64,000 nt of DNA from Tubiluchus corallicola (Eukaryota; Animalia; Priapulida), in assembly GCA_030141605.1 (NCBI GenBank), contig JAQGDQ010000110.1:1-64000 (forward strand), in the 5' to 3' direction. The position numbers were made by a program, and so were the translations under genes. The notes beneath the pieces were generated by a model. The model did not search any database. It was not told where the DNA came from and saw only the letters and a program-made list of their open reading frames with translations. Shown here piece by piece: positions 1 to 13,709 of the stretch; the first letter of the stretch is position 1; the number at the start of each line of letters is the position of its first letter.

Positions 1-892
1 TTGTTGTTGTTGTTGTTGTTGTTGCTGTTGTTGTTCTAACATTACTTTCTTTCTTTACTCACTGCTATTTATTCTGTTGCTATTGTAGCAACGTAACAGC
101 AACAACAATAGTAGTAATAGTTTTTCTCATATAATACATATTTATTTAGAAGATTTATTTATTTATTAGAAATTCAGGAGCTTTATCAATATCATTTAAA
201 AGTGTTCATGTTAAAATGAAAACCACGTTCGGTCAACCCTCGTGCAATCAAAAATGAAATATTTTTCATATTTTAAAACACAGCAGATTGATTAAGCTAA
301 AGGTATTCATAGACTTTCACTAAGTTAACAATTATTATCTCAGTAACACTGTGCATACACAAAGGTTAAGCCAACGATATGGCCTTCTTAAATGATCAGT
401 TACGTCAGCAGTGCCATATTGCCATGGCGGTTAAACTGCAAAAATGATTCAAAATATTGATTTTGGAAAAAAGTTCATTAGTGATACAATGAAGAAATGT
501 CGTCAGATAGGAACTGTAGGCTTTGTCTAAGTTTGTGTTTTTTTCATTTTAAGCCGTGTAGCAGTTTGACTGTTCACTTTGATACAAAAAATGTCTAGAC
601 ATTGTCTAGATTTTTAAGGTCAAAGGTCACTGTATCAATCCAAATTTCTAAATGTTATTCAGACGAAATGTCACGTTCAAAATTGCGCAATAGGGGTGAA
701 TAAAACTTAAAATTCCTCAGCTTGAGCTAAGAATTGCCTCTCAATAAAATGGCGACGGTGCATCAAGTTTAAAGTTTATTTGAGGACGGAATCCGCTGAT
801 TTAAAAATATTTTCTTGTTCTTTTTGTGACATGCTTTAAGACCAGTGTTGAATTCGTTATATTCATAATTAGAATTTTATGCACGTAGCTAC

Positions 893-1328
893 CAGGGCCT
901 ATTTCAGCCTAGGCGAGGCCCGGGGAAATGGGGCGTGTGAGGCCCTATGGGGGAGGGGGGGGGGGGGTCGCTACCATGGTTGGCGCCCAGAAAAATTTTG
1001 AACTGCTAGCACGCTGGAGAAGCATTTTCGAAGAGAAAATATGGAGTTATACAGTTGTTAAAGGAAAGAATAATTGAAAGAAAAACTGCTTTATTCTCAA
1101 GACCAGTCCTTAATACTTGTCAATACTGGCAAACGGCGCGCGTGCGACAAGAGAGAGTGAGAGAGAGAGAAAGAGAGAGAGAGAGAGGGGGGAGAGACGG
1201 AGAGAGAGAGAAAGAGAGAGAGAGGAGGCAGTATGTTCGCATAAAGCAAAAAAATGTTACCTTGGCGCGAGGCCCCCCTGGAGGGTGAGGCCCCGGGGAA
1301 GTATCCCCCCCCCTTGAAATAGGCCCTG
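893..1328. mobile_element. Non-autonomous hAT-type MITE
   Basis: 14-bp TIR CAGGGCCTATTTCA...TGAAATAGGCCCTG; perfect 8-bp TSD GTAGCTAC (885-892 and 1329-1336); internal (GA)n. Confidence 0.9.
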
Positions 1329-1436
1329 GTAGCTACTAATTGTGTCCAGAATCATAAATTTAATTCCGAAATTCAAATTCAATTAATTTTTTTCACTTTG
1401 CATGCACAAAAAAGTGCTGAATTAAACTGTACTCAC

Positions 1437-1866
1437 TTCTGCCATGAACACAAGCTGTAATTCTCCGACCGTATCGTCCATACACAGTCGTACAACCTGC
1501 AGGCCTCCTGCGGTATGGCCCAGATCCAGGGTAGTCATAGTGATCGCGGTGTGGGGGGAGGGGATCACGATGATCATCGTGGTGTACTGTTTCCGACTCC
1601 CTCTCGTGGTATACTTCTCTTTCTCTGTGCACTACAGTGCCTCCCCGCCTTGGAGGATAGTCATCTTCATAATACTCGCCATCGTAATGATCGCCGTGAT
1701 CAATGTGGTCGTCGAGATATTCAATGGGAGCCGGTTCTTCTGCGATGACGCGTCCACGGCCTACACGCGGTCCAAGGCGACGCCGTGGTTTTGCATGGTG
1801 ACCACCGTGACCATGGTCTGGGCCATAGAGAGCTTCACGCACCGTTTCACTATAGATGTGAGCTAC
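1437..1866 (-). CDS. Exon 2 of a secreted His/Asp/Arg/Gly/Tyr/Pro-rich protein of unknown family (gene continues toward or beyond the window start)
   Basis: GC-rich open frame VAHIYSETVREALYGPDHGHGGHH...CTTVYGRYGRRITACVHGR; acceptor catttag| (phase 0); donor |GTGAGT (phase 1). Confidence 0.8.
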
Positions 1867-1909
1867 CTAAATGATAATTAACATGACAAAATATCAGTTA
1901 TGTAGTTAA

Positions 1910-2526
1910 AGGAAGACAGGATGATTTTTCATATACTACCCCATTTTCCAGTCCGATAAAGTTATACATTTTAACATAATTAATACAGCAAAAGCGTCTC
2001 TGATAATTAAATAATAGATTAAAAACTAAATCAACGACGAGCAAGCCCAACTATTGCTGACATCACAAACTAACATAGTTTTCTACAGCAAAAATATTCC
2101 ACGAGCGTGTTACACGTCTTGGCGAAAGTGAAAATTGAAGTACCGTGTTACTGTAAGAAATTCAGCATGCTGTACTAAAACTTGGCAAATTTTAAGATGA
2201 AAATTCAAATTTCAAATTTACCGCTGCGCTCACGCATGAGCTGTCGAACGTGTTCAGTACGTCACAAGCTAACACATCTGAAATGACAGGTACAGCGCCT
2301 GTTTTTGTGCAATGCGTTTCCGAAATGCAGGCGCTAGTGCCCGTCTAACTAGTGAATGGCGAACAGCATGTAACACCGAAGAACTAGTGGCGCGAAGGCG
2401 AAATTGTGTTTGTGTGGTAATAATTCTTTTGCGTAAGTCATTTTTGAAAAAATAGTATGTTTCCTTTCAATATTTTAAAGAGTAGATTGTTTTGACTTAC
2501 AGTTCAACATTGGGTCCGGTTTTGCT
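1910..2526 (+). mobile_element. TTAA-flanked non-autonomous DNA element (Kolobok-like, family B), copy 1
   Basis: TTAA at both ends; AG...CT termini with imperfect TIR; clear homolog at 21122-21729. Confidence 0.65.
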
Positions 2527-2829
2527 TTAATATAAAATTTAGAAGCCTCGCTTTCGTCGTAAAAATTTGTACTAATTTTAATAATCGATCATGCTTTTCG
2601 TACGATTACACACCTGTTCTTAAGTAAGAAAATATTATCACAGGGGGCAGCTAAGTCGTGTTTAATTACACTTGGCTGAGTCGAATTACGTAAGAGAGCG
2701 ATTTTTTGTACTTTGTCTTTATAAACTTTATGTCATATGAATTTTTTTTAAATTTGTTCTAATTCATCCATTTTTCAAGTAGAATAAAACAGAATAAAAC
2801 TTAGACATTAAAAATATCGAATCTGATGA

Positions 2830-2998
2830 TTATCGTCGTCGTCGTCATCATCATAATCATCATCCACCTCCAGACCTCCGCCTCCTCCTCTTACTCCTCC
2901 TCCTCCTCCTCCTCCTCTTCATCATCATCATCATCATCATCAACATCATCATCAACATCATTCACCTCCTAGACCTCCGCCTCCTCCTCCTTATCGTG

Positions 2999-3046
<48 letters not shown>

Positions 3047-3163
3047 TTCTTCTTCTTCTTCTTCTTCTTCTTCTTCTTCATCATCATCATCCTCCTCCAC
3101 CTCCTAGACGTCCTCCTCCTCCTCCTAATAGTCGTCGTCATCATCATCATCATCATCATCATC
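2830..3163. repeat. Compound trinucleotide microsatellite (CAT/CCT/CTT)n
   Basis: Seen directly. Confidence 0.95.
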
Positions 3164-3306
3164 AGCTCAGTAGCGTGTCATTGTTAAAACATGTCAAAAC
3201 GAGAAAGGAAGATCTTATTTGCAACGCGCTACCCGAAGTGGTTCCCGTTCCGGGTTGTCATTTTACTTCTACTAAAACTTCATTTTAAGCTTCCACTAAA
3301 TCATAC

Positions 3307-3342
3307 CTGCAAGATCGTCAATGCTAGAAAGAGCAGCTGCAT
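3307..3342 (-). CDS. Exon 1 (start codon and signal peptide) of the same secreted protein
   Basis: gccATG start; MQLLFLALTILQ; donor CAG|GTATGA phase 0 joins the 1866 acceptor to give the signal-peptide-like MQLLFLALTILQVAHIYS. Confidence 0.75.
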
Positions 3343-4072
3343 GGCAGAACGAAGTTCTCGATTAAAATCACTTGTTAATATTCCAAAAATATCCTAGGAA
3401 AAACTTCACGCTTTGCCCCTTTTCAAAAATTTGTAAGCCAAGAAAATACGACAACTCCAACAGTTCACAATAGCTTCGTCCACAGAGAGTTTGCTACACT
3501 AGACGTTGTCAATTTCAATTTCACTTAAATTTCGTGTGTCGCGCAGTCCGGATTTCGGGTCAGTCCGGTTGAAGCGGTGCGTCACAATTTTGTTACTATC
3601 CTGACCTTGAGCTGCTGACTCGTCTCGCATTCTTACCCCCGTCTTACCCGTCAGCGTTTTGACTCGGAATGGCAAAGGTTACGTTTGTCAATAACAGAGG
3701 TTCTCTAATTACCATCCACTATCCTTGACTTGCTTAATTATCTTATGTTATCGTTTTAGAAATAGCGTGCTTACTACGTCGTAAATTTACGACTTTACGA
3801 TTGTTAATCGCCTTTGCGCGGTTTTTGTCAAGGGAGATGAAAATCATGAATGAAGGAGGAGGCATGAATGGAGTTAATCTGACGGCTGAGCGTTGGTGTT
3901 CGTAACCTCGATGTTCAAGAGGTCAATTTTACTCGCATTTTAATATGATCTATATATATAGTTTAATATATATAATCTTTATTTAAAGTCGGCTTTTGGA
4001 TCAACAATTAACATTAGCTCAAAGAGCTATTATCGCAGACTGTAAATAACAACCTACAACTACATAACAGAG

Positions 4073-4229
4073 ACTATGATTACCCCACTTTTACCCTAAA
4101 TACCACGCGTCAGGCAGAGCAACAGCAGGTACCGTTTTTAAAGTCTTTCGTATGATCCGGCCGCTGGTTCGAACTCACGACCTCCCAGACGGAAAGCAGA
4201 CGCATTACCACTAGACTAAACCGTCTGGT
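4073..4229 (-). mobile_element. tRNA-derived SINE with a Meta-domain-like body (MetaSINE-like)
   Basis: Minus strand: A box TAGTCTAGTGG, B box GTTCGAACC, then GGATCATACGAAAGACTTTAAAAACGGTACC resembling the recalled Meta/MESC SINE domain. Confidence 0.7.
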
Positions 4230-4437
4230 CTAAAAGGATGTACATGTTCTTTAGCAAAGCTGAGATTTTTTAAAAAAAGTAATTGTTTTGCATTACTTTT
4301 TATGAAGGAAAAATTTATCTATCTTTATTTCTTAATTATAACGTCATTTTTTGAACACTAATGTATAGTTAAGTTACACAAGTGGTTCAGTTAAAATAAA
4401 TTAGTAGACTAGTAATAAAAACAAAAATAAATATTAA

Positions 4438-4469
4438 ATACAACAACAACAACAACAGCAACAGCAACA

Positions 4470-4506
<37 letters not shown>

Positions 4507-4512
4507 CAACAG

Positions 4513-4553
<41 letters not shown>

Positions 4554-4572
4554 GCAGCAGCAGCAACAGCAA

Positions 4573-4604
<32 letters not shown>

Positions 4605-4716
4605 ACAACAACAGCAACAACAACAACAACAACAACAACAGCAACAGCAACAGTAACAACAACAACAAGAGCAACAGCAACAACAACAACAACAACAACA
4701 ACAACAAGAACAACAA
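4438..4716. repeat. (CAA/CAG)n microsatellite
   Basis: Seen directly. Confidence 0.95.
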
Positions 4717-6825
4717 GCACGGATATTATTTACATACAAGAAGACAAAACAATTAGCTCAAAAAGACACCACATACTCTAACATTTCTCTCAAATGATGC
4801 CTTGATAAAATTTTTAAAATTCCTGTTTTCAATACAACTTATACAATCGTTTGCTGAGTTTATTGTCGCTAGCTGCCTGGAACTGAACTCGCATCCTTTT
4901 ACAATTTTACGAGATAAGACATGAACATTTCTAAATACATCTTCTAGGGTAATATTATTTTCTATAACAATTTTTTTACAACTTGAAACTCATTATTGAG
5001 TTTACTTCATATAACGCATGTGCGGCTATAAAGTTAATTGTCGAGTTTCTACTATTTTTACATGTTACATGGAATTTAGGAAACCGTTTTAGTTTATAAA
5101 AAATCAATAAAGTCAATAAAAGGAAAAAATTATCTGTAATTATGTTTGAGGATTTAGGTGCAATTTGTTGATGATATCATTCGACAGATGGCGACACAAA
5201 ACAATCCTAACGGTAGCAACTTTGCGAAAACGTTCCACGAAATTTGTTGATGACAGACATCGATAGATGATGATGGCTCAGCCCATCAAAGCCCTCAGTC
5301 TCAATTAGGGACAAATTAGGAACGACGGGGACAATTCAGACATAACGAAATTAGCACACTGCGAGGAAATATGCGTATTTTTGATTACTGGTGGTGAGTA
5401 TGTGTATTTGAAACCTGGTGGACAAAAAACCTATCATGTGTTACTCAGAGAAAATGCTAAGTTCTTCCTGACCGTAATAATACACCCATGGGAAGCTATT
5501 TCCGGTTTCTAGCTTCAAATCCTAGAACTGATATAAGTCATAAATCATATATTTTACATTTACACATTTACAATAGTCTCATCTACAATATATAGTGAAA
5601 GGGCCTACAATGAACATAATACAAATAAGAAATACTGCACAGGAAAAGCCTCAAACACTGTACACCTATATACGAAGGTAAATGTGTTGCGGGCAATCAA
5701 AAAGCAGGGCTTGTTAGATTGTCCCACACAGCGAAAGAAAAAAAAGTAATGGAAATAATCTGAAAATTTGAAGTGAATCGTGTGATAAAGAAAACATTAG
5801 TGCTTAAAATGGAATGATGTAAGGAATGAAGCTCATATATGAGATGATATAAAAGATAGAATGGCTATTATTTGTTAATATATCGAATCAGATATATAGA
5901 TATTCTAGAATCACGCAGACAGGCTATTCGTTCCTCGCTACCAACTAGGAGGAATGCCTATTTAGCCATGAAAAAGTTGAATTAAAAAGATTTCACAAAC
6001 GTTAACTAGATGTCGCTAGCCTCCACCCTCTGTTAACTTCATTTAATTTCATACGTTTAATTTATTAACACGTTTAATTTCATAAAAATTTAACAGCTGT
6101 TGACACTGTCTGCGAACTACCAAAATAATGCTTCTTAGAGCTGTAACTTCACAAGGCCTATTCAATTCAGTCAGTCGTGAAGCTCATGATTTCTTTATCT
6201 TATTTTTTATTATTTCTTAATTATGATAATTAGTCATATTATTACATTCTCTTGTTAAAACATTAAAAATTCCACACAAGAAATTTCAGCTATAAAATGA
6301 GTCTATTTCTTTATATACAGTCTAAACTTTCATCCTTGAACTAGTATGCATAACATTTACCTTCATTGAATTGCTGGCTTCCTTTTACTTCATGGAAAAA
6401 ACTTACCTGGGCAGTTGGCTTTCAGAGATCACTGAGTAAGCATGTGACTTAAACTGAGAGAGCAATGTATAGTGTTGTTAAAGATTTATATAAATAAAGC
6501 TCACCTGTATTTTACTTGAATTCTATCTTTATTCTGATGTCTTAGCAATTACCTTCACAACTTCTTCATACAGTCAGGCGATAGTTATTTAAATTAGTCT
6601 ACAAGGTCCTAAGAAAATTCTTCATCGTCGGAATTCTTGTATCTCCTAGTAGATCAGCGGGGCAGGTTTTGAGAAGCTGCTGCTAGGGCTGCTAGAAAAA
6701 CAAAAACACAATCCCGTATTGCCCCGTCAGTAGCTTAATTTGTTTAGATAATGACTTAAGTAAATCTCGTGCTGAGTTTAGTTGGACTCACTTTACCGGC
6801 AGTTGTGACGAAGAGCACGGTTAGT

Positions 6826-8257
6826 ATCTGTGCACATCCGCTAGGAGAAAATAGTGCGGCACGTAAAGGTCATTCTTCCATTCATGTAAAGGACGGAAAC
6901 TTGGCATCAGTACAGGAACTAGACAGCGTAAATATTTCAAGATGTCAATTTGCCTTTTGTGAATTTTGTCGCAGAAGTGCATTCTCGGCCCAATCTGGCA
7001 GTGATGCGTCAAAGCTTATAGTAAGTCGCGACTCGGAAGGCAGTTGATCATATTGAGTGTTTTTACAAAGCTTTAATTCTAATTTTCCTTTTCGACGTTG
7101 ACCAAAAACGTTTTTTTAATCCTATTGACAAAATACAGTAATTTCAAATTTTACTTAGTTAGTGACGTGTGCGCTACGCATGCGCTGATAATTTTTTGAA
7201 ACTTTACTTATTGTTATCTAAACTTGTTTCAAACGATCTACCATCAAAACGGCTGCGCCTAACGGTCATTGCAAGAGTTTAAATTTACATGTTTTATACA
7301 GCGTTACTGCCGACGCAAGGCTTATATGCAAAAAGGCAGTATGTAAATGGTATAAAATTTCAAGACGAATTTTTTAAGCTTTATGTAAGTTGAATGTTTT
7401 CTTGTGCTTTAACATTTTGATGCGCACGAGTTCTTCACTTGCAATCTCAGTACCAACTCACTTGCGCCTAGTCGAATTTTGACTTGAATCCGGATCAGAC
7501 GTTGTTTAACCTTTGCAGTAAATCATTTTCGTGAAAAGTCTATTTCTGGAAAGATATTTCTCTTTTTATAACAGTTGTGAAGTGGGCGAAATCACGAAAA
7601 ATGTTGCAATTTTGCTAATTTGTTAGCAACGTTGAGCTATTTGCATCCATTATTATTGCAGGGTCCTTTAGTTGTGTCCGTATTGCCCTAGTTTTTCTTT
7701 GATGTAAGCTTACTACGAACTGCTGTCGTTAACCTAAGTGGTTTCAAGTAGTCCTCTATGTTATTATTTTGCCATGACGTAGCTATGATGGCGCCACAGC
7801 AATAACCGTGGTTATTTTTTCTACTACTGCACTACTAATATTTATAAGCAGACATTACAGTTTCTTCATGAATTTTATTAGCAACAAAAACATTATAGGC
7901 ATTATAGGCTTCGCTTGAAATTTGCACAAAGATCATATACGCTAGAAATTGGACGTCTGTTAACTACGTTAGTCAACGTCAAAAAGGAAAATTAGAATTA
8001 AAGCTTTGTAAAAATACTCAATATGATCAACTGCCTTTCGAGTCCCGACAACTTACTTACTATAAGTTTTGACGCATCACTGCCAGATTGCGCCAAGAAT
8101 GCACTTCTGCGACAAAATTCACAAAAGGCAAATTGAAATCTTGTAATATTTACGCGCGTACTGATCGTGTACTGATGCCAAGTTTCCGTCCTTTACATGA
8201 ATGTCAAAAATGACGTTTTCGTGCCGCACTATTTCTCCAAGCGGATGTGCACAGATA
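6826..8257. mobile_element. Foldback/long-TIR element with ~280-bp inverted arms (6826-7102 and 7972-8257)
   Basis: Arms are diverged reverse complements (TCTGTGCACATCCGC...GCGGATGTGCACAGA); the spacer holds a family-A fragment. Confidence 0.7.
7104..7408 (-). mobile_element. Kolobok-like family A fragment
   Basis: Homologous to 47685-48360; ends TTTTCTTGTGCT|TTAA. Confidence 0.6.
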
Positions 8258-9336
8258 AGTGGATTGTAAATCCACCGTAACAAGTAAAATTTGGAAAAGT
8301 TCATCAGGGAATTGTCCATTTATAAACGTGACACTGACACCTATGGAAGGCTTAGAATCCAATATATTCATGTAATGCAACTTTGTGTATAACCTGCGTT
8401 GCTATCACTTTCAAACTTAATGCCTAACAGAGTCATTTATTTGTTTAAACAGGCAGATTTATTTAAAGTTCATTTTTGAAGGAACCCTATTTCGCTCTTA
8501 AATGATTATATATACATGAAATGGATAAAAAACACCAGTTTAACGTGTTGATAAAAAATTTCTTTATTCTGAAATACAATTATTAACATTTAATTTAATT
8601 TGCATTGAATAGAAGAAAATTAGTTGCATGATTAAATGTATTGCTGTAACTAAGTACCGATATAAAAATTATGTAAACTATATTGAAATTAATTAACAAT
8701 AACTTACGTTGTTAGAGCCTTTAACAGTTACAAAGACAGGAATGAGAACTTCAAGTAGCCTTAAGAACAACAATGTCACAACAATAAATTCGTAAGAAAT
8801 TCACAGTCATAATGCTCATCACAGTCAGAAAAATAGAGCAATGGCGGAGAGAACCAAAAGACAGTAACAGCTATAGCTCACGAAGGGCCAAAATGCTAAT
8901 GTATGAAGGATATTAGGTGCTTCAATTTTAAAAGAGTGACTACTGTAAAAAGCTAAATGCCCACTAAATCAACAAACAGGTGGCAGCACCCTGGCGGTAA
9001 TTGAAAACTAAATTAAATCCAAAAAAGGGCCTATGCACCCACTACAACACAGTTGAGGCGTTTTATTTAAATATTATGTGACAATCAACAATATGGCGGC
9101 AGCTAGGTAGTTTCTTACATGTAACTTATTTTGATCAAAGATTACATGTCACGCAGTGACTAAGCTGGTTTAAGTAAGCTTTGCTTCTGTTCTCAGAATC
9201 GGATCTGCCACTGTGGAAACAAAGCCACGGTAATCGAATTGTCTTGTTCTGCTGAGTATAAACTATTAGTGCACATGGTAGGAATCCAGAATGAACCCAC
9301 GTGTTCTTTTTTAGATTGTGATTAGTCTAATCTCAC

Positions 9337-9920
9337 CTGAAAAGCCACTGAACCCTAACCTATATTACAAAACTTGAGAATTTAAACTCCCACGTTGACC
9401 GCTAGGCGCAGCCATTTTGATGGCAGGTCATTTGAAACAAGTTTAGATAACATTGAGTAAAGTTTGAAAAACAGAGCATTCGTGGCACACATGTTACTAA
9501 GTAAGTAAAATTTTAAATTACTGCATCTTGTCGATAAGATTAAAAATACGTTTTTTGGTTAGTGAGTGGCGGCACCCTGGAGGGTGAGTCAGCGACATTT
9601 TACCAATTGGCACGAACATTTTAAATTATTATTTCTAGTTACATAACTCTTTTCAGCAGGTAAGCGAAATGCTAAGTAATATAAATTTGCAGTTTTTTTG
9701 GGACATAATTTAACATCGCCTTTCTTCCCCTGATTTACGTTGTGCGTATATGACGTCATATAATGGCGCCTTCGGAACAGCATTGCGGGATATTTAAAAT
9801 GAAGACAAACAAAAATTCCTTTTAACACGAATACGATATATGCATGAAATTGCTATAACGTAATATAATTTTTTAAGGAGATATTTCTGAAATCTACTTC
9901 AGGTACCACCTTTCTTACAC
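9337..9920 (+). mobile_element. Kolobok-like family A copy
   Basis: Shares blocks such as CACCCTGGAGGGTGAGTCAGCGACATTTTACCAATTGG with copies at 35928, 47685 and 53991. Confidence 0.65.
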
Positions 9921-12049
9921 TTTCACGCTTTAAGTTGCTTAAAATAAATTTACGTCAAAAGAGGCAATTAAACTAACAAGCTTGCCAACTTTGCAGTTAT
10001 TAAGCACAACGTCAGGACATTAGGGACTAATAACCACATCGAAATTAAAGAAGATTTCGCGGTAATAAAATCTTAGTAAACTGCAGAAATAGGGGAACTA
10101 TATATGCGAGTGTGTATGTATTCATCCGCGTTTCATTAGCTGATATCAGTCCTGAAGCCATAACATACGAAGGTAGAAAATGTGTTAAAATGATCAATTT
10201 GGTCTTGTATATGTACTGAGAAAATCTTGAACTTGGTGCAGTTCGTGCAAATGGCTTCCTAGGACCTGAACAATGATAGAAACGCTATGCAGTCAAGTGG
10301 CAGTATGGCTTCAATAAGGAGGGCGAACACAAAAACTCAGCGAAGGGAAAATAGATAAATTCTTGTTTGTTTTCTTTGGAAAAGCGAAGGCGATGGGGAA
10401 GCTGATAATTACCCCAACTCAAAGTTCCATTTTGTCAGTTGACTGTTGCCATTCGCAACAGGATAAACGCGTCTACATTTTCACGGCAAAATGAGATAAA
10501 ACCGGTTTATTGCCTTTAACATTTTTATTGCAGTTGGCCATTTGTTTCTGCCATTAAAACACAGTTGAGACTGACTTTAAACTGCTACATGTTACAAGGA
10601 TAGGGATTTTCGTTTAACACGACCTCTCCATAAATTCAATTCAATTCAATTTTATTTTCTCAATGGCAGTTAAAATTCGTCATAATTATTTTTACATTTC
10701 ATTGCAGCTGAGAAGGAGCAGCGAAAGACCTATTGGTCAGTTGGTCAGCTGCCCCTTATTAAAAATACAAGTTTACTCACAGGCTCATGACATGTTTAGG
10801 TGTTTGTGTATATATAAAAGGCAAAAGCAACAAAAATCAACTCAAGGCAGAAATGTAATTCAAAGCATAACAAGGAATAACATCAAGCAAAAAATGAATG
10901 AAATTCAATGTAGAGCAAAAATAATATTAAACAAAAAAAGCAACAAAAATCTACTCAAAGCAAAAATGCAATTCCACTCAGAATAAAAGGAAGTTTTCAT
11001 AAGCAATGCAAAACGGAATTCAACTCATAACAAAAAATTATATCAAACAAAATGAAACTCAAAGCGAAAATTTTATAAAGCAAACCCAGCTCAACTGAAA
11101 GTAAAAGAATTTAATGAATGTGAACGAACCAGTAACATCATCCATCTATTGGTGATTAGTCATCTGGCACGATACATAACTTCACTTCACTTCTAACATA
11201 AATTATGACGTCTAACGTGTCAAATTTTACATGAGCAAATTTCCTAAATACGCGTAATTCATTGAGAGGGCACACATAGGACATAGGTATCAGACGAGGC
11301 TGCAGGTGGGAATCTGGAGTAATCTTAATATCAAATAAATATAAGTAGTTTAAGAAATAAATAAAAAACTATTGACTACCTGTGTTTTTATGTATTTTTT
11401 GTTTATTTTGTTAATATATATCGTATCTACAAAACGTATATCTTTGTCAACTGTTATGTGTTTGCCTTTGTCGCCTGTTTTGTTTATTTTCATAAGCAGT
11501 TGTGTAATGCATAATGTATTATGCATAATTAATGTAATGTATTTACAATGAGGTTTCTTGTATATAATGTACATATTACGTTACAAAACCTCCCTTGACT
11601 AGCCTGCCCCTCTAATCGCATTTTTTTCTATACACACCCTAATTTTAAGCGCTGCCTTGTTTTGCTTAACCCTTTCTCACTATCAATGTTGTGCTTACAA
11701 GATTTTCTTTTAGCACACATTGAAGCATTTTATTGTAAGCAATTAGTTTTTTGGTATGTCGTTTTGTAATTATCGTTTCGTATCATTGAATGTACATTGC
11801 TTTTTTGAGAAATAAAACAAAATAATAATAATAAATAAGTAAATTATTCACAATTGAGGATTTGATCTGTTTGCAGATCAATTTGTGACGTTTGACCTGT
11901 TTGCAGCTAATAGGTTCTCAACGTTGAAGTGTTGATAGAGACAAAAAATCAAAGATCTCAAAGTGGAAAGAACACCTTAGTGATATGACTGGTATTTAAT
12001 AACGAACATTACAACAAGAACTGATCATGCCCGGAAAAATTACGACTTG

Positions 12050-12180
12050 TGATGTTCAAAGAACCATTGTTGAAAGAACCATTGTTCAAAGACCCATTGT
12101 TGAAAGAACCATTGTTCAAAGACCCATTGTTGAAAGAACCATTGTTCAGAGAACCATTGTTCAAAGAGTCATTGTTCAAC
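12050..12180. repeat. 15-bp minisatellite (GAACCATTGTTSAAA), about 9 copies
   Basis: Seen directly. Confidence 0.9.
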
Positions 12181-12510
12181 GTTTTTATTGCATAATTCAT
12201 ATGTGCTGTTTTTTAAGAATTATATTATGAAAGTAATGAAACCTCAAAAGTACCAACGATAAACTGAAGAAAGTACTGAAAGATTGATTAGCGAATTTGT
12301 GCTGTTCAACACTCATATACGTAAGCTACTAAAATGAACTGACGTCGGCGCGTAGTTCTTGCTTTCCTTAGCAGCGTGCAGTTCATTTGTTAGCTATTTA
12401 AGCAAAAAAAAAGAAAAATTATCAAAAGATAGTTATGGCAATATTGCAAATTTGTTTGCCGACGGAGAATTAATGTCAATTGGAAATTTCATTTACGGAC
12501 TGTATGCATA

Positions 12511-12831
12511 GATTTTTGAATTAAATAGTATAGCTTTGTTAGCGAACACATAACCGCATCACTGTGATTATCATATAGGTAAAATATTTGTTTATCACAT
12601 GTGTACAAATGCTTAGCTAATAGTTCTTTTCTCTTCATAGAGTTTACAACTAAATTTGTATATCTGTGTATATACCTTGTGCAGCTATGTTGAGTCAAAT
12701 TGTTAGTATGATCTGGAAATCATTACCCGAGCTCTGCCCGCTGATAAAACCATCGGGTATGCGACGAGTTTGTAATTTTCCTGTTGGAAATTTGATTTTC
12801 AGAAACAAAATATCTATCTATCTATCTATCT
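12511..12831 (+). mobile_element. LINE/SINE 3' end with (TATC)n tail; second copy inverted at 18385-18702
   Basis: Two similar copies, each ending in a (TATC)n tail. Confidence 0.7.
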
Positions 12832-13709
12832 ATGGCAGATTAAATTTAATATAACTGCTATTGCTAATATATATATATAACTCAAGAAAGGTCCAGCAAA
12901 AATGTGAAAGGATGGCTAATGATGGATGGAAAGTAAAGATGGTTATAACATGTAATAAAACTACCTATATCACAATAATGTTAATGGAAGCACCTGTATA
13001 TCTTGTTACATTAATTTAATGTAACAGTATCATGTCTACTAACGATTTAGATTCAAAACATTATTTCATTCATGGGTAAAATCAACATGACGTACACAAC
13101 ACAAAATATTCTTAATGTCTGTAATTAGTATATAATTAATTAACACTTCTGTAATAAGGAATAGAAATGACACGAGGTTTCTTTTGTTTATTGTGGTATT
13201 TTTTATTAATTGTAAACCAATTATATTTGTGTTAGATATAGTTCACATACCTACATATTTACATATGATGTTAAGAATGCTTTAAATTCAATTCATTAAT
13301 CAATGTGACTTTTTTATATTAAATTTGTTATGATATGGGCAGTGCGAGGTGGACAATCATGGACCGAAACGTCGGGTCTTCTTTATTTATTTATTATTTA
13401 AAACTACGTCTTTTTTAAAACTATATAAATACAGGAAACAAGCCATTAAAATAACCAAAACAGCTTTAACAGTTATTAGCAAGAAGCAGGCGGAATTTAG
13501 AGTAATTTTTCATTGCCGCGTTTAAAAAACCTTTTGAAATTAGCGTTGTCGTATGTCTATGTATTTTCTTGTAAATAATCTATGTAATATTTCGTGTAAA
13601 TAAATTATATAATATAATTCATAAGAAAAGGGAAGTACAGGTACAGGAAACATAATAGTCTCTATTAACTGTACTTTAAATGTACTAAACGTCTCTGTAA
13701 ACGTCTCTA

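Noticed and set aside
1444-1881. Hydrophobic 145-aa plus-strand ORF as a membrane protein
   Set aside because: Antisense shadow of the His/Asp-rich minus-strand exon, which has proper splice sites
6407-8900. Minus-strand exon-like segments with donors near 6406, 6504 and 8706
   Set aside because: The 6505-6691 segment has stops in all frames and the phases do not join the secreted-protein gene; may be non-coding exons but cannot be supported without RNA data
13340-13460. GACCGAAACGTCGG as a Penelope hammerhead ribozyme
   Set aside because: No upstream CTGANGA core or pairing stems found
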